Positions 50,101-59,108 of a DNA stretch of 64,000 nucleotides are shown here, in pieces. Position numbers and translations under genes: made by a program. This DNA comes from Candidatus Dojkabacteria bacterium (lineage in GTDB: Bacteria > Patescibacteriota > Dojkabacteria > B142 > WJKM01), in NCBI GenBank assembly GCA_014729085.1, contig WJKM01000009.1, positions 126,590 to 190,589 of the forward strand, read 5' to 3'. The notes beneath the pieces were generated by a model, which saw only the letters and a list, made by a program, of their open reading frames with translations, did no database searches and was not told the origin of the DNA. Numbering within the stretch: the first letter of the stretch is position 1; every line of letters begins with the position of its first letter.

Positions 50101-53100
50101 TGGTGCAGAAACAGAATACGAATATGACGGAAATGGGAATTTAGTTAAACAGGTTAATCCAAACGAAACAAGTACCAAGTTTATCTACGATGAGCTTGAT
50201 CGAATGGTAAGAGAAGAAAAATACTCAGAAGAAGATGAATTGTTAATTCAAATAAGATATGAATATGACTTAAATGGAAACATAACCAAAATAATAAATC
50301 CAAGAGGCTTTGAAACAAAATTTGAGTACGATGCAGCGAATCAAAATACAAAGATAATAGATGCCTATGGCAACATTATTGAATTTAAATACGATAAAGT
50401 AGGAAACAAGATTGAAACAATAGACAGAAATGGAAATTCAACAACAAATGTATATGACGAACTTAATAGAATAGTTGCAGAGATAAATGCAGAAAATAAT
50501 AAAACAAGTTATGGATACAACAAAGTAAATAACTTAACAAACATAACTGATGCAAAAGGCAACATTACAACATTAAAATATGATGGAGTAAACAGACTTA
50601 TTCAAAAAATTGATCCTTTGTCTGGTGAAACAAAAAAAGAATACGATCCTGCTGGAAATGTTTTAAAAGATATAGATCAGAATGGTCATGAGACAATCAA
50701 TGAATATGACAAAATAAACAGACTAATTAAAACAACCAATGCAGAAGGAGGAGTAAAAGAAATAAAATATGACAAAAATAGCAATATCGTAGAAATAAAA
50801 GACGAAAATGGAAATATTTCTCAAAATACATACGACAAACTCGATAGACTAGTTAAAACAGTAGATGCAGAAAATCAGGTAACAAAATACGAATATGATG
50901 TAATGGGAAATATGATTAAAAAGACAAATCCAAGAGGATATGAAACAAAATATGAATACGACGCTCTAAATAGACTTACTAAAACTATCGATGCAAAAGA
51001 AGGAGAAACAATATTTGAATATGATGAAAACTCAAATGTAGTTAAAACAATAGACCCAAATGGGATTTCTACAAAACACATCTATGATAAGTTAGATAGA
51101 CTGATTACTAAAATAGAAGCTCATGAATCCCTCCTTCATCAAGATTCCGGAGGGCAGGCAGGTGGAGGAGAAGCTGATACCAATGTCACAACACAATATA
51201 AATACGACAAAGAAGGAAATATTATTGAAGTAGTAAATCCAAAAGGAAATTCAACAAAGTTTGAATACGACAAGATATACAGACAAACGAAAATTACAGA
51301 TGCAAAAGGGAACTATACAAAATTTAAATACGATGAGGTAGATAATGTAGTACAAGTAACGGATAGAAATGGAAATGTTTCTACAAAGGAATATGACGCA
51401 CTAAGAAGAATTGTAAAGGAAATAAATGCAGAAAACCATAAGACAGAATATAGATATGATCCAAAAGGAAATATTAAAACAACAATAGACCCAAGAGGAA
51501 ATCCAACAAAGTTTGAGTACGACAAAATAGACAGATTAACTCAGACAATAGACGCCCTGGGCGGAGTTTGGAAAACCGAATACGATGCAGTGGGGAATGT
51601 TTTAAAAGAAACAGATGCAAATGGACATGCCAATAAGTACGAATACGACAAAGTATACAGGACTACAAAACAAACAAATGCAGAAGAACATTTTTCAAAA
51701 TTCAAATACGATGAAAATGGGAATGTCATTGAGACGCAAGACAACAATGGAAATGTAACATCATTCACATATGATGAACTAGATAGACTTGTTAAAAAAA
51801 TAGATGCGGAAGATGGAGAATGGTTATACGAATACGATGCAGTAGGAAATCTTCTATCTGAAACAGATGCAAACGAACACACAGACACGTACGAATACGA
51901 TAATATGTACAGATTATCGGTTCTCACAGACGCAGAAGGAAATACAACAAAATATGTTTACGACCTAAATGGCAATACAGTAGAAATAATAGATGGGAAT
52001 GGAAATTCAACAGAGAATGAAGTTGACGCTCTAGACCTCGTTATCAAAGTAACAAATGCTGAAAACGAGACAACAGAATATACTTACGATAAAGAGGAAA
52101 ATAAGATAAATAAGATAGATCCGGATGGTGTTGTTACTCACTTTGATTACGACAAGATTTATCAGCTTGTTAAAGTAACTCTGAATTACAAAGATACAAA
52201 CTTTACTGACTTTGATACAAATGTAGACACAAGCTACGAATATGATCCAAATGGGAATTTAACTAAAATCACAGATCCGAAAGTAAATGCTACAACTTTT
52301 GAGTACGATGCTTTAAATAGACAAATAAAGGAAATAGATGCAGAAGGAAATATTTGGAGATTTGAATATGATCCTGTTGGAAATAAAACAAAGAGAATAG
52401 ATGCAAACGGTAATTCTACAGTTTATGGATATTACGCAGACGATCAACTTCAAAATATCAGTTATTACGATGGGACAAACACATCATATGAATACGATCC
52501 AAATAACAATAAGATAAATATGCAGGATAGAATTGGAACAACAGATTGGACGTATGATGCATTAAATAGAAATACTTATGTAAATGATGCATTGAACAGA
52601 GAACTCACATACACATATGATCCAGTTGGAAACAGAACAAGTATGAAATATCCTGACGGAAAAATAGTAAAGTATTCCTACCTAAAAAATGACTGGATAA
52701 ACACATTCACAGATCCAGAACAAGGAGTAGTTAAATACGATAAAGACCATGTAGGAAATACAGTATTTATAGATAACCCAAATCAGACACAAACAACAAT
52801 AGATTATGATCGTGTATACAGACCTACAGAAATTCTCAATGAACAAATAGAGCAGGCTGCAAAAACAAACTCCAGATTTGAATATACATACAACGAAGTA
52901 GGACTTAAAACAGAAGTAGAAGCAGAATATGCGTGGAGAAAACCAAGTGTAGTTAGAACAGAGTACGTTTACGACAAGCTAAGAAGACTAAAGGAATCGG
53001 AAGATTCAGAAAACAAGTATTACGAATATCTTTATGACAGAGCAAGCAATAGAACCCGGATGCAAACTAACGACGATGAAACAACACCAAACCAATATGA

Positions 53101-55342
53101 CGGAATAAAACAAGGCTATAAATACAATAATATAAATCAGGTAATAGAAATAATAGAAGAAGGTGTGAGTGATATAACGAAAAAAAGAACACAAGGAAGA
53201 AGTCAGACATTTATTTATTTAGAAAATACTCTAGGTTTAAGAAATAAATATCACAATTTGGTAAATGAAATTGAGGCTCAACGAGGAGGACATATACCCG
53301 AAGAAACAGCAGAAGAACTTCTAGATTTATTGGAAAGGTTAGAGATGTTAGAAGGAGAAGAGAGTACAATTCTTTATGAGGATGCGATATTAATAATTGA
53401 AGAAGTAATAACAATAATAGAAGACGAAGTAGTACATGAAGGAACATTAAACAGCTTGCTTGCAAAAGTAGATGATGTAGAGCTAGAGGCAAAAGAGAAA
53501 GGCAGAGAAGTTGAGTGGAAAGAAAAGAAAGAGATAAATACACAAAAAAAGAATCTACTGAAGACAACAACATTTAGATACGATAATAATGGAAATAGAA
53601 TAAACGAACAATGGACCATGCCTAACGGCAGGCAGACCGGATCAACAGGACCTGCCTACCAAGGATTTGATTTTGGATATGATCCTGAAAATAGATTAAC
53701 AATTGCAATGAACTATCAACAAAATGACACAGGGAACAGAGTAGATAGAGGAGTAACAACAATGAATTACGATGGAGATGGAAGAAAACTAGTTAAGGTA
53801 TTTGATCCAAAAAGTCCGTTGGGGGAATGGGCAGATCCAAATCCACTTGATCCAGCATATGGAGTAGATGGAGGAGCTAAGAACATAGAATACGTATACG
53901 ACAATCTAGATCCAGTAGCTGAATATAATACATGGAACTCTCAACACGACAACTTCTACCGTGCCAGAGGGCAGGCAGGTAGAGGAGACATGAATAGAAT
54001 AGTAATGATGCAAAACTTCAAATCAGGGACACAGGGTCAGCGTTATTGGTACCACTATGATGCTTTAGGTTCAACTGTGGGACTTACAAAACACTCAGGA
54101 CAGTCACACCACAACTATAGATACGGAGATTTTGGACTTATTGAGACTATTACTGGGAAATCTGGAAACACATCAGGAGGAACATTTACAGATCCACATA
54201 ACCACTACACCTACACAGGGCAGGAGTGGGATGACCATATGAATGTATATGAATTCTACTCAAGAACTTACGATCCCTATACCGGCAGCTGGATGAGGCA
54301 GGATGATTATAGAGGGGATATCTCAGATCCAATGTCACTTCATAGGTATATGTATGTGAATCAAAATCCTATTAATTGGTGGGATTTATATGGTTACAAG
54401 ACAAATAATATTCCTATTTTGGGTCCTATTAATCATAAAAGTAATCAAATTAATAAAAGTATTAATTATGAACCTACCGTACTTACTCAACAAATCATGG
54501 AGTCTGTCAGACTAAGTTATGATCCATGCAATCGACAAACTTTTGATAAAGGATTCTTAATACCTACCGAATTGGAATCTCTTGCTGGAGGAGCAGCATT
54601 TGTACATAGGATGGGTTATAATATGTCAGATGGATTGTTTCTTGGTTCAATTGAGAATACTATATATATGCAAGAATCACAGAAAGATTTTGCAAGAAGA
54701 ATTTTCGATCAAGAATATAGAGAGAATGCTTTATATCCAGAACGATATCCTTTAAGAAAAACAAGAGAAGATTGGAGAGAGTTTAATGACAAGATTACAT
54801 TTTCTCTTGGAGTAAATCCACACAAACAAGTAAATAATGGATTGGCAACAAACATATTTGAAGGAACAGTAAATTCACTAACAGATCCACAGCCTGTAGG
54901 TTCAACACAATGGACATATGACACATTAAATATGGGTTTTGAGGGATATATGGTGTATAGTACGGTTACAGCAATAGATGACTTTTTAATGAAGAGAATA
55001 CCTGGAAATAATTCTATAAGTAGAAGACCAGCACAAGATGTGGTGCAGTATGAGATGTATAAGGAGCAGCTCAAATCGCAGCAAGCAGCTACAGTATTTA
55101 CTCAAAATGGGGAGTTGAAACCAAACGTGATTAGTAATAGTCATAGCATTATCGATGGAAAAGATTTGAAAAATCCTAGTGTAATTAAAGAATTGACTAA
55201 AGATGGATCAAAGATAGATAGTTGGGAGAAAATGAGTACTGATTCATACCCTAGTCCATCGGGAGATTTTCAAGTTCATTATTATCAAAATAAGGATACC
55301 GGTAAGATATATTATAATATTGATTATAAGGCTAAATTTTAA
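47162..55342 (+). CDS. rhs: RHS/YD-repeat polymorphic toxin (signal peptide, N-terminal domain, YD-repeat shell, RHS core, variable C-terminal toxin)
   Basis: Signal peptide; DPVNTVNGNL plug motif; dozens of YD repeats (YEYDxxGNL...); RHS core end YDPYTGSWMRQDDYRGDISDPMSLHRYMYVNQNPINWWDLYGY (degenerate DPxGL); ~310 aa unique C-terminal domain. 2726 aa. Confidence 0.9.
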   Translation: MTKPLKKVLIETIHIIHNTVKRVQLKNLKLYFFILPFLLLTFTPVFAQTTDEYNYSDCGFVIDDSDSGCSEAYGNWKLQKIGNKGTSLLSPKDTFLPSVTWVPDYKNLKGQVEVFATIPRIEGENLSEVAWYKIKHSEGTSDYFVNQKENAGDIVSLGIYNFDGTEVSIDLYGSGGEVVVADTVCFGRCSIGDITPPRIEEVKGHSYMGELHVQSKITDEGTGVKNAYVSIQGNIYPMNAKGDIYSAIVPYIPGTDLEWYILTYDNAGNEAIWEPGRGYVTRGGGLNLGVPPEAVDFVCYKEEFNNTVPPATPGSDPCEWTTGDPVNTVNGNLMESVNLINISGRPSINLTIYYNSQGTGLSIFGESWLYDYNYHVTEMDNADFSGAFVQYPSGSNAMFENFKSPDGVRDKLEKIGDGYLLTLQDQTKIYFDSNGDISRWEDINRNGLNFEYSEQIKFVNFSKLSKITADSGRKITFEYNDVGLVSQINAPENKIIKFEYNDTDDLIKIIKPKERGIIFEYDNHSITKKISPQGHAYYENIFDNQRRVIKQVAGTSFTQEYIYNDNETIVKNLNGSQAVYSYNEDYLMVSNTDEVGNTKTFEYNNKKQIIAEIDAEGKRYEYTYDENGNQIHIKDPMGYEIEREFNEFNKPVKEINQNGKETRWEYDKKGNLVKIINSNGNEKIFSYNEYGQLIEQTDFNGNKTVFKYTAEGDLKKIIDADGNEIVYTYDELGRILTETNKRGITYTYTYDVNDNLLKIEGPLGYTKSFEYDKNNRLIKETDSKQEMISYTYDNSENISSISNQLQFVTSMEYGSMNEFAKGIDAEGHITEYAYHPTYKISQVRQAAGTSKEAISNFEYNNVKLQKRIIDAEGKITEFVYDDLYRIVKKIGDVNGIEIETRFKYNPVGALVKQIDPNGNAVEYTLDNLDRVIEQKDAEGNITKYEYDPNSNIISTTNPRGFKTKFEYNKLNQLVKQINSIGAETEYEYDGNGNLVKQVNPNETSTKFIYDELDRMVREEKYSEEDELLIQIRYEYDLNGNITKIINPRGFETKFEYDAANQNTKIIDAYGNIIEFKYDKVGNKIETIDRNGNSTTNVYDELNRIVAEINAENNKTSYGYNKVNNLTNITDAKGNITTLKYDGVNRLIQKIDPLSGETKKEYDPAGNVLKDIDQNGHETINEYDKINRLIKTTNAEGGVKEIKYDKNSNIVEIKDENGNISQNTYDKLDRLVKTVDAENQVTKYEYDVMGNMIKKTNPRGYETKYEYDALNRLTKTIDAKEGETIFEYDENSNVVKTIDPNGISTKHIYDKLDRLITKIEAHESLLHQDSGGQAGGGEADTNVTTQYKYDKEGNIIEVVNPKGNSTKFEYDKIYRQTKITDAKGNYTKFKYDEVDNVVQVTDRNGNVSTKEYDALRRIVKEINAENHKTEYRYDPKGNIKTTIDPRGNPTKFEYDKIDRLTQTIDALGGVWKTEYDAVGNVLKETDANGHANKYEYDKVYRTTKQTNAEEHFSKFKYDENGNVIETQDNNGNVTSFTYDELDRLVKKIDAEDGEWLYEYDAVGNLLSETDANEHTDTYEYDNMYRLSVLTDAEGNTTKYVYDLNGNTVEIIDGNGNSTENEVDALDLVIKVTNAENETTEYTYDKEENKINKIDPDGVVTHFDYDKIYQLVKVTLNYKDTNFTDFDTNVDTSYEYDPNGNLTKITDPKVNATTFEYDALNRQIKEIDAEGNIWRFEYDPVGNKTKRIDANGNSTVYGYYADDQLQNISYYDGTNTSYEYDPNNNKINMQDRIGTTDWTYDALNRNTYVNDALNRELTYTYDPVGNRTSMKYPDGKIVKYSYLKNDWINTFTDPEQGVVKYDKDHVGNTVFIDNPNQTQTTIDYDRVYRPTEILNEQIEQAAKTNSRFEYTYNEVGLKTEVEAEYAWRKPSVVRTEYVYDKLRRLKESEDSENKYYEYLYDRASNRTRMQTNDDETTPNQYDGIKQGYKYNNINQVIEIIEEGVSDITKKRTQGRSQTFIYLENTLGLRNKYHNLVNEIEAQRGGHIPEETAEELLDLLERLEMLEGEESTILYEDAILIIEEVITIIEDEVVHEGTLNSLLAKVDDVELEAKEKGREVEWKEKKEINTQKKNLLKTTTFRYDNNGNRINEQWTMPNGRQTGSTGPAYQGFDFGYDPENRLTIAMNYQQNDTGNRVDRGVTTMNYDGDGRKLVKVFDPKSPLGEWADPNPLDPAYGVDGGAKNIEYVYDNLDPVAEYNTWNSQHDNFYRARGQAGRGDMNRIVMMQNFKSGTQGQRYWYHYDALGSTVGLTKHSGQSHHNYRYGDFGLIETITGKSGNTSGGTFTDPHNHYTYTGQEWDDHMNVYEFYSRTYDPYTGSWMRQDDYRGDISDPMSLHRYMYVNQNPINWWDLYGYKTNNIPILGPINHKSNQINKSINYEPTVLTQQIMESVRLSYDPCNRQTFDKGFLIPTELESLAGGAAFVHRMGYNMSDGLFLGSIENTIYMQESQKDFARRIFDQEYRENALYPERYPLRKTREDWREFNDKITFSLGVNPHKQVNNGLATNIFEGTVNSLTDPQPVGSTQWTYDTLNMGFEGYMVYSTVTAIDDFLMKRIPGNNSISRRPAQDVVQYEMYKEQLKSQQAATVFTQNGELKPNVISNSHSIIDGKDLKNPSVIKELTKDGSKIDSWEKMSTDSYPSPSGDFQVHYYQNKDTGKIYYNIDYKAKF
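48400..53200 (+). repeat. tandem YD-repeat coding array within rhs
   Basis: Recurrent xYxYDxxGN(L/I)xxxxD units at protein and DNA level; these generate the spurious antisense ORFs listed in the track. Confidence 0.8.
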
Positions 55343-55351
55343 CTTTTAAAT

Positions 55352-55861
55352 ATGAAAAAACAAAATATATGGGGTAACTTTAATAAATTAATAAATTCTG
55401 ACATATCTATTAAAGATTTTGAAGAATGGATCTATACAGATAAAACTATAGAAAAGATAATTGGTAAAGATAATTACGTCACACTTGTATCAATGAATTA
55501 CACTAAATCTGATAGTAAAGAAAAAGTACAAAAATACTTAGTTGAGTTATTTGAATCGTTAGAACCCGAGTTATATGATAAGTATAGAGTTTATAATATA
55601 TTAAAAGGGATGTTAGATGGACAAAAGGATTTAGTATCTGGGTGTAGAAGGTTAGTTCAATTAAGAAAAAGAGGACTGGAATTTATACCTAAAATTTTTG
55701 TAGGTTTTGATTCTGAACTAGATGATGTTCCTCTTCCTGAGCAATATTCACAATGGAACAAAAATGCTTTAGGAGAGAAATTAAAAAAAATTGATTATTA
55801 CAGGGAAGATATTATTAAATATTCAAAGAAATTAATTAAGGAATTAGATATTAGAAAATAA
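55352..55861 (+). CDS. putative cognate immunity protein for the rhs C-terminal toxin
   Basis: 169 aa, cytoplasmic, starts 9 bp after the rhs stop; position-based inference. Confidence 0.5.
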   Translation: MKKQNIWGNFNKLINSDISIKDFEEWIYTDKTIEKIIGKDNYVTLVSMNYTKSDSKEKVQKYLVELFESLEPELYDKYRVYNILKGMLDGQKDLVSGCRRLVQLRKRGLEFIPKIFVGFDSELDDVPLPEQYSQWNKNALGEKLKKIDYYREDIIKYSKKLIKELDIRK

Positions 55862-56230
55862 TTAGTATCTACTAACCTTGAATTTAGTTATAAGTTTGTA
55901 GAAAAATCAAGGGATGGATATTCTTTTATGGATATGTTAATTTATGCTTTTTGAATAAATTGTTTTTGTTTTCGTACCTATACCAGACACATAAATTTCT
56001 ATGGGATCGCCTTTACTCTTAATTGGAACATCAATTCCCCAAGTTGTTTCTTCAATTTTACATTTTTTTATCAGTTGCTGAACTATCCATAATAATGTCA
56101 CTATTCTGTGGCAAATATTTTTCAACATATCTTCCGTCATCTTTTTTTGTCGAAAAATTTGATAGTATCAATATTACAACACAAAGTGAATTTGCCAAAC
56201 TAATAGAAGGTATCGGAAATAATAGTAATC

Positions 56231-56362
56231 ATGTCTAATGGAAGAGTTGCTTACTGGGATGATATAACCCAAACTGTAGTCATTAAGAATCCAAATACAG
56301 TCTATGGTGGAACTTCTTTCAGGGCAATTAATGGGAAGGATTATTGTGACAATTTAAGATAA
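56231..56362 (+). pseudogene. decayed toxin-tip remnant (44-aa C-terminal fragment, frameshifted relative to ORF 56023..56238)
   Basis: MSNGRVAYWDDITQTVVIKNPNTVYGGTSFRAINGKDYCDNLR resembles a toxin-domain C-terminus. It overlaps the upstream ORF's stop (ATGTCTAA), so a single frameshift would fuse the two. Confidence 0.3.
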
Positions 56363-56390
56363 ATATTTAATAACTTATTAAAATTTAAAT

Positions 56391-56576
56391 ATGAAAATTA
56401 TTGACGAAAAGGATCAAGAATTGACTTTAAAGCTTTCTTACAGTGAGCTTCTGATCCTAAACAATGCTCTGAATGAAATCATAAATGGGATTGAAATCCC
56501 TGAATCTAATACAAGAATTGGGTATTCTAAAGAATATGTTACGAGCCTGTTGAATAAAATTAACAAATTATTATAA
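56391..56576 (+). CDS. small protein (61 aa), candidate immunity protein of the decayed toxin tip
   Basis: Starts 28 bp after the remnant; position-based inference only. Confidence 0.3.
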   Translation: MKIIDEKDQELTLKLSYSELLILNNALNEIINGIEIPESNTRIGYSKEYVTSLLNKINKLL

Positions 56577-56587
56577 ATATATTCTTT

Positions 56588-57135
56588 AAAAATCAGGACA
56601 GTCACACCACAACTATAGATACGGAGATTTTGGACTTATTGAAACCGTTACTGGGAAATCTGGAAACACATCAGGAGGAACATTTACAGATCCACATAAC
56701 CACTACACCTACACAGGACAGGAGTGGGATGACCATTTAAATATGTATGAGTTTTATGCAAGAGCTTATGATCCATATACAGGAGTATGGATGAGGCAGG
56801 ATAATTATAGAGGAGAAATACGAAACCCAATGAGTTTGCATAGGTATATGTATGTAAAGAATTCTCCTGTAAATTATATAGACATGTATGGGTATACATC
56901 TGGTTACTATATTGGTTGGGATGATTACAAAGAAGATTGGCATGAATTTTTAGATGATGTAGAAAATCAAAATCCACAATCTTATAGAGAATATCATGAT
57001 TTGATATCAAGTAATGGTGGTCAATACAAAGAATTTTCAAAAGTGAATCCTTGTGCTGGGAAAACACTTTTTGATGTTTATTCTGATGTTTCAAAAGAAT
57101 ATAGTTTTAAGTCTGGAAAGTTTTTATCTCATTGA
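56588..57135 (+). other. orphan rhs C-terminal toxin cassette (start-less core homology plus alternative toxin tip)
   Basis: 56588-56745 is ~95% identical to rhs 54095-54250 and stays in frame with continuing homology to ~56890 (DMYGY), then a novel 80-aa tip. A TAA sits immediately upstream and the first ATG (56743) is internal. Confidence 0.7.
56743..57135 (+). CDS. orphan RHS C-terminal toxin fragment (as an ORF from the first ATG)
   Basis: MYEFYARAYDPYTGVWMRQDNYRGEIRNPMSLHRYMYVKNSPVNYIDMYGY is paralogous to the rhs core end, followed by a different C-terminal domain. Confidence 0.6.
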   Translation: MYEFYARAYDPYTGVWMRQDNYRGEIRNPMSLHRYMYVKNSPVNYIDMYGYTSGYYIGWDDYKEDWHEFLDDVENQNPQSYREYHDLISSNGGQYKEFSKVNPCAGKTLFDVYSDVSKEYSFKSGKFLSH

Positions 57136-57232
57136 ATTCCAATTGATGTAAATCTTGATAAGTAGGCTATTGCCATTTATATTATTATCTGGTAGAGTAT
57201 GTCAATATCCGTTTACATAGATTAGAATTATT

Positions 57233-57541
57233 ATGGATAATTGTTGCAGTACAAATTCACAAAACTTTGCACAGATAGACAAATCAATAAATCTGCTAAA
57301 TGCTGTTAGTGAACCAAACAGGCTCAGAATTCTTTGTGTTCTTTCTAAGATGGATATCTGTGTTTGTGAACTCGCTGAAAAACTCAATGTTTCTCATAAT
57401 CTAATCTCACATCATTTAAAAGTATTATATGATGCAAGTGTTTTAGACAAAAGACGAGATGGAAATCAGTTCTTTTATTTTATTAAAAAAGTATGGAAGC
57501 CACGAATCAAACACCTTTTTGATTTTGTAAAAATTAGTTAA
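57233..57541 (+). CDS. arsR: ArsR/SmtB-family metalloregulator
   Basis: HTH with metal-binding ICVCELAEKLNVSHNLISHHLKVL (the CVC As(III)/metal site of ArsR). Confidence 0.8.
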   Translation: MDNCCSTNSQNFAQIDKSINLLNAVSEPNRLRILCVLSKMDICVCELAEKLNVSHNLISHHLKVLYDASVLDKRRDGNQFFYFIKKVWKPRIKHLFDFVKIS

Positions 57542-57559
57542 TTTATTATTGTCCAAACA

Positions 57560-57847
57560 ATGAAAATTCAAGTTTTAGGTTCAGGGTGTTCTACATGCAA
57601 GTCTCTTTATGAGATGGTTCAAAAGTCAGCAAAAGAAATGGGAACCGCTGATGAGGTAGAATACATTACAGATATAAATAAATTAGTAGAAGAAGGTATT
57701 GCTACAAGTCCAGTATTGAAAATTGATGGAAAAATTGTTTGTGCTGGTAGAATACCTTCAGAAGATGAGATCAAAGAATATATCACGAAACCTTCAGATA
57801 AAAATAGTCTTACAAACCAAGGTTGTGCATGTGGAGGCAGATGTTAA
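57560..57847 (+). CDS. thioredoxin-fold redox-active disulfide protein (TM0996/MTH895-like)
   Basis: MKIQVLGSGCSTCKSL CxxC N-terminus, 95 aa, C-terminal CACGGRC. Confidence 0.6.
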   Translation: MKIQVLGSGCSTCKSLYEMVQKSAKEMGTADEVEYITDINKLVEEGIATSPVLKIDGKIVCAGRIPSEDEIKEYITKPSDKNSLTNQGCACGGRC

Positions 57848-57867
57848 TTAAAAAAATTTAAAAAACT

Positions 57868-59031
57868 ATGAATAAATTAAAAAAAATACTAAAACAAAAT
57901 TGGATATTATTACTTCTGTTTAGTTCATATTTTGTTATTTTTATTTGGCAAAATCAGATCGATGGGTATTTAGGAAATGAAAGTACCCAAAAAATAGTTG
58001 GAGAAAGTATCTATCAAGGGTGGCTTGGACTTGTCGACTATCTATCTGCACATGTTTTATTCTGTCTTATTCCTGCATTTTTTATAGCTGGAGCTATTAA
58101 CACCCTCATAGACTCTCAAAAAATTTTTAAATACTTAAGCGGTCAGACCAAAAAATGGCTTGCATATCTAATTGCATCGGTCGGAGGTTTTTTTATGGAA
58201 GTCTGTTCCTGTACAATACTCCCACTTTTTGCTGGTATCTGGAAAAAAGGTGCCGGACTTGGTATTGCTACAACTTTTCTTTATGCAGGCCCAGCAATTA
58301 ATATTGTTACATTCATACTGACAGGGCAGAGGTTGGGCTGGGATTTAGGAATAGTACGTTTAATTCTATCTGTGCTATTTTCTATCCTTGTTGGATTAAT
58401 TATGGAATTCGTTTTTAGGAAAGAAAAAAATGTTCAAGGAGATATAGTTTTTGGAGATGAGAAGAAAATTTCAATACAAGGTAGAAAACGTAAAATATTT
58501 TGGATATCGCTTTTAGCGATATTACTTGTGGGTACTGCTCCTATTGATAGTTTTATCAAATACTCAGTTGTAGCAGTACTGGTATTTACACAAGTTCTAA
58601 TGACTTTCTTTTGGTTATCAAAACAGGAAAGAAAAGCATGGTGGAAAGAAACAATTAAATTCACAACAGATATTTTCCCATTGCTTTTAATAGGGGTTTT
58701 TGCAGCAGGAGCTATTACTCATTTGATACCTCAGGAAAAATTTCAAAAATTCTTAGGACAGAATACAATATTAACTAACTTTGTAGCAGTTATTTTTGGA
58801 GCTATTGCTTATTTCCCTGCTCTTGTCGAAGTACCTATTGCAGAAAATTTTCTAAAACTCGGCATGCACGAAGGTCCATTAATGGCGTATTTACTTTCTG
58901 ATCCTGTTCTTTCACTACAAGGATTGTTAATTATTTCAAAAGTGATTGGAATAAAGAAAACCCTAATCTATGCATCTTCAATTGTTGTATTAACGACCTT
59001 TGCAGGCTATATTTTTGGAATTTTATATTAA
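57868..59031 (+). CDS. ArsP-like permease (COG0701/DUF318 family)
   Basis: Polytopic membrane protein. FFMEVCSCTILPLF corresponds to the conserved (T)PFCSCS motif of ArsP organoarsenical efflux permeases. Sits in an operon with arsR and the thioredoxin-like gene. Confidence 0.6.
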   Translation: MNKLKKILKQNWILLLLFSSYFVIFIWQNQIDGYLGNESTQKIVGESIYQGWLGLVDYLSAHVLFCLIPAFFIAGAINTLIDSQKIFKYLSGQTKKWLAYLIASVGGFFMEVCSCTILPLFAGIWKKGAGLGIATTFLYAGPAINIVTFILTGQRLGWDLGIVRLILSVLFSILVGLIMEFVFRKEKNVQGDIVFGDEKKISIQGRKRKIFWISLLAILLVGTAPIDSFIKYSVVAVLVFTQVLMTFFWLSKQERKAWWKETIKFTTDIFPLLLIGVFAAGAITHLIPQEKFQKFLGQNTILTNFVAVIFGAIAYFPALVEVPIAENFLKLGMHEGPLMAYLLSDPVLSLQGLLIISKVIGIKKTLIYASSIVVLTTFAGYIFGILY

Positions 59032-59108
59032 ATAAATATTAAACTTTGTTTTTTATGTATTCCAAACTTGGTGATATAATTTAGTTTCATAATTATTATT
59101 GTTTCAGA

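Noticed and set aside
48400-53200. Repetitive DNA that might be mistaken for a CRISPR array or other non-coding tandem repeat
   Set aside because: Repeats are irregular in length, have no spacer architecture and are in-frame coding YD repeats. No cas genes are present.
47457-55074. Numerous minus-strand ORFs inside rhs (47457..47753, 48916..49203, 49753..50178, 50875..51081, 51313..51927, 53006..53619, 54709..55074)
   Set aside because: They are antisense to a continuous 2726-codon RHS reading frame with unmistakable YD repeats. Repeat-driven codon periodicity keeps the opposite strand open by chance.
55937-56238. ORFs 55937..56140 (-) and 56023..56238 (+) as independent genes
   Set aside because: They overlap each other, have low-complexity sequence, and the plus-strand ORF is frameshift-linked to a toxin-tip-like fragment. 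This is better explained as debris of a decayed orphan cassette than as genes.
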